From: Octopus vulgaris | Taxonomy: Eukaryota | NCBI GenBank assembly: GCA_951406725.2 | Contig: OX597818.1 | Coordinates: 9,672,001-9,736,000 of the forward strand | DNA: 64,000 bases | Direction of reading: 5' to 3' | In this document: piece by piece, positions 54,028-64,000 of the stretch | Layout of the letters: each line of letters begins with the position of its first letter | Position numbering within the stretch: position 1 is the first letter of the stretch | Made by a program: the position numbers and the translations under genes | Notes under the pieces: model-generated | What the model saw: the letters and a program-made list of their open reading frames with translations, nothing else | Told to the model about the DNA's origin: nothing | The model's database searches: none

Positions 54028-56538
54028 ATATATATATATATATAAGACACACACACACATGCACACACTCATTTTTCACTGTGCATTACAATGTTAGGAT
54101 ACTGTAATCATTGTGTTGCTGCATTTATTCATTTCCATAAATATTTGTTTTACTTGTACGATATCTTGACACGACTTTGGGTGTGCTTGTCTTTCATTTT
54201 TGTTTCGTTTTCGAGGGAGAGGTTGCTTTCCTTTTAATGGATTCTATTTCTTTTAGGGTCTGATTTTCCATTTTTAGAATTATACTTAGTTTTTCACAAG
54301 AATATTTCGTTTTTTTTTTGTTTTCATTTTGTCTCCTCGTCAATAAAATTTCAGCCTTGGTTTAGATTTAATATCATTAGTTTTGGAGATTATTCTATAT
54401 ATTTCTTTGTTACAGCACTATACTGTCTAATAATATATGCAAAAATAAACAAATAATATTTGGTGCTATTAAGGATTATATTATTTTCTTGTTTCTCTTT
54501 CGCGTTGTGATTTTTCTTTTTAATTTAGATTTATCTATTTTATCTCTGGGACAATTCTAACTCATTTTCCATATTCATGTTTATCTCCTTCTCCCCATCA
54601 CCCCTCTCTCTTTCTTTCTCTTTCTCTCTCTCTCCCTCTCTCTTCGTCTTTCTTTTCATGTTTAGTTTTTCTCAATAGAGAAAAAATTATAAGCCAAATT
54701 CCAATTTGTTTAAAATCGAAAATATAAAGTAGAATGATTTCAAATATCAAAAGAATTAAATAGATTGCAATAAATAAAGGGCAACGTCTGTCTAATTCCT
54801 AGAATTGATAAACGAATAAATAAAAACAAAAAATACTATATTGAGCTTAAGAATCAAATAATAAAATGGATATTAGATTTATGAAGCTTCTAAGATAAGT
54901 CAGCCTTGATGTAGCCCTACCCAACAAATATATTGTTTGGCTGCTATAGGAAACGTATCCAATAACGGATTAGGGCAGAAGTTATCTAGTATCGTCATAT
55001 CTGGCAGCAGAAACAACAACAGAAATAATAACTGCAGCAGCGGCAGCAGTAGCAGCAACCGCAGCAGTCGCAAGAAAAAGTTTTAGATTGATTTCTCAAT
55101 GGATGGAAACATCTGAGATTTGTCCAGCTTTAACTCTTTGTAAGTGTTGTTATGAATCGGATCAAAGTGCGTATGTGTATAATGCAACTCTGCATACGCG
55201 TATGTATATGCGCTTACATGTGGATGCTTAGACATAAATTTCAACATACGTATGTGTTTGGATGTATTTTCGAGTGTGCATTGGTATCCGTAGGCTTTCT
55301 GTGTACTTGAACTTGCATGGGGATGCCAGTTTAACAATTAAATCATCCTACAGTAGTAACTTGTTAGTGTTGTTGTTTAGCCCTAGTTTAGTTCTGATCA
55401 TGTAGACGATCAGAAGTTTTCCATGCGTAACAATCGCGCCTTTTTATTCTAGTTTTCATGCATGTGTATCCATGTGAATGTGATTATCGCCTATCAATTT
55501 GAGCCCGAAAGATTTGCTTTTTTTTATTTTATTTTTTCTATTTCCTCCACCATCCTTTTTTCCTTTTGTCCAAATCTCTCATTCCACATAAAATTGCCTA
55601 AAATTTCTGTTCATTATCAACAGCTTAGAAGCAAATGGGTTCCACTAGACTGACTCGTTCTTGGCACTATACACAATAATACTAATCTTTTGCTGGTTAT
55701 CTAATCATTCAGTATTTGTCGAGAGATATTTACATTTCTAAACTAGTGTAAGTTTGCTTTGCCAGATAAATTTGAACGAGCACTGATCTGTGGAATACCA
55801 AACTCTGTGTCATCTCATCTGTAAAATCCAAAGTGCCTATGGTTTGGTTAAACATGATGTTGCTTTTGAGGTTGTTTAGTCACAGGTTATGTATAAGTGA
55901 ACAAACCTATGATCACAAGCTTTGCAATCTTGACCATTCCACCTTTCACTTCAGCTATGCCTATCTAAGACTATATTATACAGAGTATCCGTCCATGTAC
56001 AAAACGGTAGGAGGAAATTTGGAAATGATCTAGCTGCTACTTTAACAGTATACATTACTGCACAGATGTTCCTTCATTAATTTTGCATCACCAGCTAACA
56101 ACTCTTACTCTCGCTTCATCAGATAAAAATATGTAGCATTTTTATTTGTTCGTATTTTTAACCCAGTTTAAATCTCATTTCAGTACATAATATCCACCAC
56201 AAATATGTCGAAGAAATATTTTTTTCCATGACTTTTTGCCTTCTTAGCCTGTTGTACATAATACAACACTAAAAATGAGTAAATCTCGGTTCCGATTTCT
56301 TTTACAAATTTGTAAAAGAGGCGTCATTTCTATAGTGTTAGAGAACGACATGGTCGATCTTTTTCTGGACAACAATATCTTGACTTAGAGGAACACCTCA
56401 GTGTGGTGGATAGACCTGATATAAATAGTTGCTAATGCTCTCTGAAGTCACACTGTACCTTCTTAAACTGGAAAGGGACATTCGATACATGTGATCCTTG
56501 ATATATCACACCTGACAACAAAATGTAATAATCATATT

Positions 56539-57840
56539 TGAAATACTGTATTTACAAGGCCAGCTCTATCGGGTTAGACTTAACGTTAAACGGCAATAAT
56601 AAGTACGCAAAAAGGGGAAATTCCTAATTCTTGCAGTTCTGAAGTATGAACACTGAGAAGATCATTAGAAGAGTATTTACAGATGTGATATAATACTAAT
56701 GACAAGATTAAAAGTGACATGTGTCACTTTTAGAATTAGAATGGAATGAGGGCAGGTACTATGTGTAAATCGTTTAGAAGAATAGAGGAGGCTGTTTCAG
56801 AAGTTCGGTTGACTTTTTGAAAATAAATGTGTGATACAAAGTTTAAAGGGAAGATGAAAATCCTTAAGAAAATAATGACTTCATCCATTCGGGATAAAAC
56901 CTTTAAGAAACAGACAAGGGAGCTTTTCATCACTTCAACTGTAATTTTGTCTCAAATTTTTAATACAAACTTGTTTAGTGGCTCTCAATAAACTAAACTT
57001 CTCTGCAAAAGAAATAATACGAGATTCGTATAAAAACAGATATTTAGCACGCGGGGAAAGTAAAAACTCAACTTCTAACCACTTCTTTCTATCCATCTCA
57101 TAGATGTTTCTAAGCCTGAGACAGGCTACATGTATGTATGTATGTATGTATGTATGTATGTATGTATGTATGTATGTATGTATGTATGGATGGATAGATG
57201 GATGGATGGATGGATGGATGGATGGATGTCTCTTCTATTCATTAATTATTATAAATCTTCCACAGAGGAGGGGCCAGTTCCCAAAAAAGATACAAGGTTC
57301 TGTCTTAAGGATGTAGTTAACACAGACAAATTCACATTTGGTAACTTGACAAAAGTCTTGCATATTTTTACTGTTTCACTCACAGATGGAATTTGTAATG
57401 CACGAATCAGCCGGTTAATTTCTCTTTCTGAAAATCCTAGTTTATCCAGATTCTCCTTTAAGCATTTACTTACAAAACCTAGTACTCCAATTACTATTGA
57501 TATAAATAAGAATCCATAGTCTATATATAGAAGCTGGAGGTTTCAAATCAGTTGTCCATAGATATCCTCTCTTTCCTTGATTTTCAAAGTGACATTTATA
57601 TCTGCAGGACAGATAACCTCTGTGATGAAATACTGTATTTAAAAGGCCAGCTCTATCAGGTTAGACTTAACGTTAAACAGCAATAATAAGTACGCAAAAA
57701 GGGGAAATTCCTAATTCTTGCAGTTCTGAAGTATGAACACTGAGAAGATCATTAGAAGAGTATTTACAGATGTGATATAATACTAATGGCAAGATTAAAA
57801 GTGACATGTGTCACTTTTTGAATTAAAATGGAGTGAGGGC
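56539..57840 (+). repeat. 215-bp direct duplication (56539-56753 and 57626-57840)
   Basis: Both copies run TGAAATACTGTATTTA...TGAGGGC with only a few substitutions. Confidence 0.95.
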
Positions 57841-58310
57841 CCTCTATCTCAAACGACAATGTCCCGTCTGTACATTGTGGCAATCTCCTGTTCCTGGATT
57901 GCAAACGCATAGCCTTCAAAGTGTGACGTGATGTAGTGGACTTGTGTCCAAGAGAGGCTGCGCTTCGTGCCAATTCTACTGTCTTCTAGCTTCCAGGCAA
58001 ACCACCCATGCTGAGTCTTTTTTTGTATGATAAGTGCTTTCCATCCAGGTCTTCTCTGAGGTAAGACAGCCAAGCTGTTTGGGGCTATATAGCAGATCAT
58101 AAGGAAGAGAGTGTTTCTTGAGGAGTTCACTCCCAACTCGTACAATGTTGCTCACTTCACTTTTCAGGACTGCATTATTATATTTATTTTTGCTGCTGTT
58201 GTTTAACAGGTGCTGCTTGAATGACAGCATGCAGCATTAGTAGGCCGTCTGCACTGATCTCAGGCTTCTACCACCTTCATTTCTCCTTAGGTAGAGCCTA
58301 TCAACATCAT
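57250..58310 (-). mobile_element. REL-endonuclease non-LTR retrotransposon 3' fragment (R2-superfamily; clade uncertain)
   Basis: SHFEGYAFAIQEQEIAT, RDIVV*DRG, FITEVICPADIN, IVIGVLGFV and VKICKTF motifs; interrupted by the 215-bp duplicate. Confidence 0.75.
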
Positions 58311-59324
58311 TGTTTCTGTGGAAGTTCCCAGTATGCATGTATGTATGTGTGTATGTATGTATGTATGTATGTATGTATGTATCTATGCGTCTGTGTATAA
58401 GGTTGCTCGTGATTCTGGTTCTTTACAGGTTGTGTTTTTCTTTCTTCTTTAAGACTAGTTTCCGACTATTTTACGTAATATATGCTTACTAACATACTTT
58501 ATGTAAATATGCCAATATATTTTGATTAATTAAATTGGTACATATAGTGAAGAGAAAAAAAATCACTTAATTCTCAAAAAAATGTAGAAGAAACGACTAC
58601 GAAATCTAAATTTATTACAAGCAATTGAAATTAGAATGCTGTCATGGGCAGGTCTCATGTTTCGAAGTACACTGAGAGCACCAAGCATGTTTTGGTCTTA
58701 TCACGCCTCATCAGCGAAAAATAGTTTAAACGTTAAATATATGATTTATAAGTCTATCGAAGTATTCAAATCTTTAAGAATGAAGACTAAATGGCCATTA
58801 AACATAAGAATACAGGCTTATCGCTCTAATCAGCGTATATAATTTATGTGACTGAATAAAAAGCTATAATTGCATGCATTGACGTAGAAATTGTTGTATC
58901 GGTAAGATGCTTGTTTCAAAAGTTTCTAGGTGCAGTTAAATTTTATTGCACATTTAACAATTAACTTCTGTTACAGCTTTGTGTTTACTAATAACGTGTT
59001 TTTAGTATACAAAAACAATGGAGAATGTCGTTGGATATGTGTGTGAGCGCGCCGGCGCATTTGTCTCTATTTTTATTGAATTCTTTCCACCATAAGTTTT
59101 AGTTGTTCAAAGTTTAGAAAAGAGTCTATATTTGCAATGCATTATGTTAGTTAAATGCGTATTAGCTGGGTTAAGTTTGCTCGCTTTGTCAGTTTATAAG
59201 ACTACCGTAGAAATCGTACGCTGTTTTCATAAATGGTGAAAGGAAAAATTATATATAGTGAAAGGTAGCTTATTCGCTATCTACAAACGAAAGGCAGAAA
59301 CATAGACGTCACTAATCTGACTAA

Positions 59325-59505
59325 GGGCACTAGTCAACACCAGTATTGCTAGAAATGAGAGTAAAAACGAAACTCATAATGCCGGGTAAGTGCAACTGAC
59401 GAGTATTAATCAAATGCGAAATCACTGGTGATCTGGCTATGCTTTCTTTGTCTATGTGTTGTTTTTGACTCTCATTTCCAACAATACCTGTGCTGAATAG
59501 TGCCC
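59325..59505. mobile_element. MITE-like element (~181 bp, ~45-bp imperfect TIRs)
   Basis: GGGCACTAGTCAACACCAGTATTGCTAGAAATGAGAGTAAAAAC versus the reverse complement of GTTTTTGACTCTCATTTCCAACAATACCTGTGCTGAATAGTGCCC. Confidence 0.6.
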
Positions 59506-59720
59506 TTTGTTTCTGTGTTTGGCCTCCACCACATCTTGACAACCGGTGTAGGTTTGTTTGCGGCTCCGTAAGCTAGCGGTTCGGCAAAAGACACCTATAG
59601 AATAATTACCAGACTTGAAAGGACAAGTACTAGTGAGTGATTCATTCGATGAAAATTTCTTCAAAGTGGTGTCCCAACATGACCGCAGTAGAATGACTGA
59701 AGCATATAAAGCATAAAAGA
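59506..59720 (+). mobile_element. SINE family A, 3' half
   Basis: CTTGACAACCGGTGTAGGTTTGTTT...AGCGGTTCGGCAAAAGA...CATGACCGCAGTAGAATGACTGAA. Confidence 0.82.
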
Positions 59721-59731
59721 CATTTACATAT

Positions 59732-59832
59732 GTGCATACTTCAGAAGTACATACACTAAAATCGGAACGATACAGAGATTAACATGGCGCCTGCGCAAAG
59801 AGGATACAAATTCGTGAAGTGTTCCATATTTT
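59732..59832 (+). pseudogene. U6: U6 snRNA pseudogene, full length
   Basis: GTGCATACTTCAGAAGTACATACACTAAAATCGGAACGATACAGAGATTAACATGGCGCCTGCGCAA...CAAATTCGTGAAGTGTTCCATATTTTT. The ACAGAGA box is present, but the AGC triad and ISL are mutated. Confidence 0.92.
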
Positions 59833-59887
59833 TCTTAAGGCTGTGTCCCAACATGGCCGCAGTAAAAAGACCGAAACAAGTAAACAG

Positions 59888-59929
<42 letters not shown>

Positions 59930-59937
59930 CATATATA

Positions 59938-60093
59938 CAACTAGCTTCTTTCTGTTTCCATGTACATTTTCAATCACAAAGCTTTGGTCGACTCAGCGCA
60001 ATAGTAGAAAACAGTTGCTGAATGTGCCACGCAGTGGGACTGAACCCAGAACCATGTAGTTGGGAAGCAAGCTTCTTACCATGCAGCGATGCC
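59938..60093 (-). mobile_element. SINE family A, 5' half
   Basis: Reverse complement of TGCCACGCAGTGGGACTGAACCCAGAACCATGTAGTTGGGAAGCAAGCTTCTTACC matches the head. Confidence 0.85.
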
Positions 60094-60223
60094 ATTGAGA
60101 AAAATTAGAAAATACACCGTCTCAATAAACCCTTAGTGTCCCTGAAAGTTTTATATTTTTACTACGGATTGCTTGAGGCTAACTTTCTTCCTACACCTCG
60201 ATCCTTGGATCTTACATTTACTT

Positions 60224-60267
<44 letters not shown>

Positions 60268-60301
60268 CTATATGTATGTATATATGTATGCATGAATTAT
60301 G

Positions 60302-60350
<49 letters not shown>

Positions 60351-61069
60351 ATATAAATAGATAGATGTGTGTGTATGTATGTATGTATGTATGTAGATGT
60401 ATTACAACGAGAAACAATTTAATCGATACTTTGACAGAAAAAAATAAATCATTTCTCGTTTTCGACCCAGTCCCTTTAAGTTCCTTTGCGCATATTCACT
60501 CTTTTTACAGCAAAGTTGGCAGGTGTTTCACCATTTCGACGTTGATAATTTTAGCACCAATCGAAGTGGCGAGACCAATACATAATCGACCAAATCCATT
60601 TTAGGCTTAGCCCACTAATAGCTGCAGTGTAGAGATGAAACTTTTAAATACATATTATGTTTACCAACTACATTTGCTTTTACGCACAAGAATGCAGTTA
60701 TCTGCAAAATATAACAGGCATGTAACTACACGAAATATAACCAAAATGGTCTAGTGAGTGAAATATTGTTAATCAAAGATATTGACGCAGCACGGAGCTG
60801 TAACATTGTCCCCTGAAGTAAATAAGATGAAGAATAACAATAATTATTAGATATCATTTCTTCAACAAAGGAAGTTACTTCGAGACGAGAAACAAACAGA
60901 GAAACAGTGAAAAATAGTCTTCGCAGACAGACAATGTCCGATCTTTGAATCTATACGAAAAATTAATAAGAATCCATTAAGGATAAAACTAACTCACTGC
61001 TTATATTGTACATTCAGGAAACATAGTAAATGCACCAATATATCTCTTCGAAGACTACATAAGCATTTG

Positions 61070-61070
61070 T

Positions 61071-61106
<36 letters not shown>

Positions 61107-61740
61107 AAATATGTACATCCATATACGCATATGTGTGTGTGCAAGTATATATGTATGTATGTGTATGTGAAGCACACTTTCATATAAACATACATAAACA
61201 GTATACATATATATATATATTTGCATATATGTTAGTATATATTTGAATATACATGTACAAATATACATATGCATATGTATATGTGTATGTATATATATGT
61301 ACGAGTGTGTTTTTGCGTGTGTGTTTGTGTGTGTGTATTATATGTATATCTACATGCATATATACACAAATACACATATATGCAGACACACAAACACGCA
61401 CACATATTGCAGAATATGTAAGTAGAATGGATATATTTAATATGACACGTATTTTTATTTATTTATTAATTCTCTGTATTTTCATTATTAAACAGACACA
61501 TAGACACCCGCACGCGAATCAGACACGTAAAACGATGCACAAGAAGAGACAAATATTTCAAGAATATAAGTGTGTGTGTGTGTGTGTATGACTGTGTGTG
61601 TCTGCGTTTGTGGTGTGTTTATGTGTTCATTATATATGTATATTGATTATATATATCATATATTTTTCACATATATGTATATATAATAGTGTATATATAT
61701 ATATATAAATATATATGTGTGTGTATATATACATATACAT

Positions 61741-61796
<56 letters not shown>

Positions 61797-61856
61797 ATGT
61801 ATATATATACATATATAAACGGACATAATTTTCTGTGCAGCTTCCTTCTGGGTCTC

Positions 61857-61908
<52 letters not shown>

Positions 61909-61909
61909 G

Positions 61910-61988
<79 letters not shown>

Positions 61989-62563
61989 ATATGTATGTAT
62001 ATATATATATGTATATATATATACACATATATATATATATATGTTTAAGTGTGTGTGTTTGTATACATTTGTACATATATACATGCATAAATATATATAT
62101 AAATAAATATATACACGTACATATATGTACGTACACACACACATATATCCATGCACATATAATGCCCATAATGTAAAAAGCTTGCATGTGTACAGCCATT
62201 ATCGTTGGTAAAGGACAATGTAAAAAATGATCAAATGTATATATTATTGAAGTTATGGATGAACATGTAGTCAATAACAATGTCTACTTTGAATGCTACC
62301 AAAACCAATAATGCTGCCATCAACATTAACAGGGAATCACAGAATTCCATTTCCGGATCATAAATTACCTAATATCAACTAATGGTTCATGATAGTGAAT
62401 CATTTCTTTCACTTAACTATGCTCTAGTACCTCCTTTTCTCTCACTCACATATTAATATATAGAAGCATAGACACACTCACATATGTATGTATGTTTGTC
62501 TTATCTCTCTTTGTCCCTGCCATCTCATTCTCCTTGTCTCCCACATTTTATTTATATATATAC

Positions 62564-62655
<92 letters not shown>

Positions 62656-63158
62656 TGTATGCATGCATGTATGGATGGATGGATGTATATATATTAACAT
62701 ACATGCAATATGCATATAAGTATATGCATATATGCATATATATATGCAAATACATATACACATACATACGTACACTCACACACATGTAGTCTGCGCACGT
62801 AACTATGTATGTATACATGTCATTTGTCTACCATAGTGCCATGAACATAAGGATATAGGGACGTACGAAGCAGGCAAGTAACGTAACACGATATTATATA
62901 TGTATACAAACATGTGAATTCCTATAAACATATCTTTGCTTAATGAATTGATCTCTAAATTTACTCCCGCTCAACCTCTCGGTGTCCATGCAGACACGCA
63001 ATGTGAATGTATGTGCATGCATGCATGCACATATATATATATCTATATGTATAAACACGTGTGTACGATTGTAAATTCAGTTATACATAGAGGTATATTC
63101 CACCCATACGCATGCACGTATTTGTTCATGTGTCGGTATGTATGCATATATGTATGTA

Positions 63159-63215
<57 letters not shown>

Positions 63216-63331
63216 ATGTATATATATATATAATTGATGAAGGAAACGGAAGATAGATTTAGCACTATACCTAGATACATATATGTGTGGATATGAATAT
63301 ATATGTGTGTGTGTATGCATACTATTATATA

Positions 63332-63379
<48 letters not shown>

Positions 63380-63480
63380 AACATGTCTGTATATATATTT
63401 GTAGCTATCTATATATACATATATTCATGCATACACACACACACACACACTCACACACTCACACACAACCCACATATGCA
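61070..63480. repeat. Dense field of (TA)n/(TG)n/(TATG)n microsatellites
   Basis: Directly visible; explains the YI/CV-repeat ORFs. Confidence 0.95.
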
Positions 63481-64000
63481 AGCATGTGCATATGTTGAGA
63501 GTGAAAGAGGGAAAGTGAGAAATGGAGAGAGCAATACAAATACATGTATGTAAATAACAGCGGCAGTTATACATATTTTAAAACGCCATAACTGTACACC
63601 GGCGTTGGTTTCAGCCAGTCCTGTTGATATACGAGTATACGCCTAATGCTGTGATGAATATTCTCCCCTGTTGTTTTGACACTTCATTCGCTCTGGTCAA
63701 ACAACTGGCTATACGTTGCATTAATGTTACCTGAATTATTTATTAACCAAGTCGTTTAATGAGAAGATAGTGGCAGGATAAACAGATTCAACGTTGATCT
63801 GCCAACTTGTAAGTCATACGTTCGAATCCATTGCATGTATTTTGTTTTAAATCTCTATCTGTGAAGAGTACCTGTTTTCTATATGTGAGTGAATGAGTGT
63901 GTGTGTGTGTGTGTGTGTGTGACCTGGATCGGCCAGACTGTCAGGGGCCGAGACGGCTCCGCTGGCCACAGTATTTGCTCCATTCCCCACGTGCTCTTCC

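Noticed and set aside
59732-59832. Functional U6 gene
   Set aside because: Catalytic-region substitutions and deletions, and upstream DNA is a SINE rather than a PSE/TATA promoter.
63921-64000. GC-rich sequence after (GT)n at the window edge
   Set aside because: Only 80 bp visible; likely the end of another repeat but cannot be classified.

Overview
AT-rich, microsatellite-dense eukaryotic DNA. The SINE families and repeat style point to a coleoid cephalopod, probably Octopus (recognition, not a database hit). I found no supportable host protein-coding exon; nearly all listed ORFs are translations of microsatellites or antisense transposon sequence. The window is intronic or intergenic and filled with mobile DNA: CR1/L2-type LINE fragments; several R4/Dong restriction-like-endonuclease (REL) retrotransposon copies in (TAA)n tracts, one with an intact 405-aa 3' ORF; a Tx1/L1-like relic carrying a full-length DD34E Tc1 transposon and a SINE; three tRNA-derived SINE families (A, B, C here) plus an older repeat (D); a small MITE; and U6 snRNA and 5S rRNA pseudogenes, each abutting SINE A. 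The most interesting signal is a set of short modules joined to (TA)n microsatellites. They include a canonical type I hammerhead ribozyme (25637-25706), tandem ~190-bp units with a variant hammerhead core, and a near-perfect 360-bp fold-back, consistent with a (TA)n-associated Penelope-like/retrozyme-like system. Boundaries of decayed elements are approximate.
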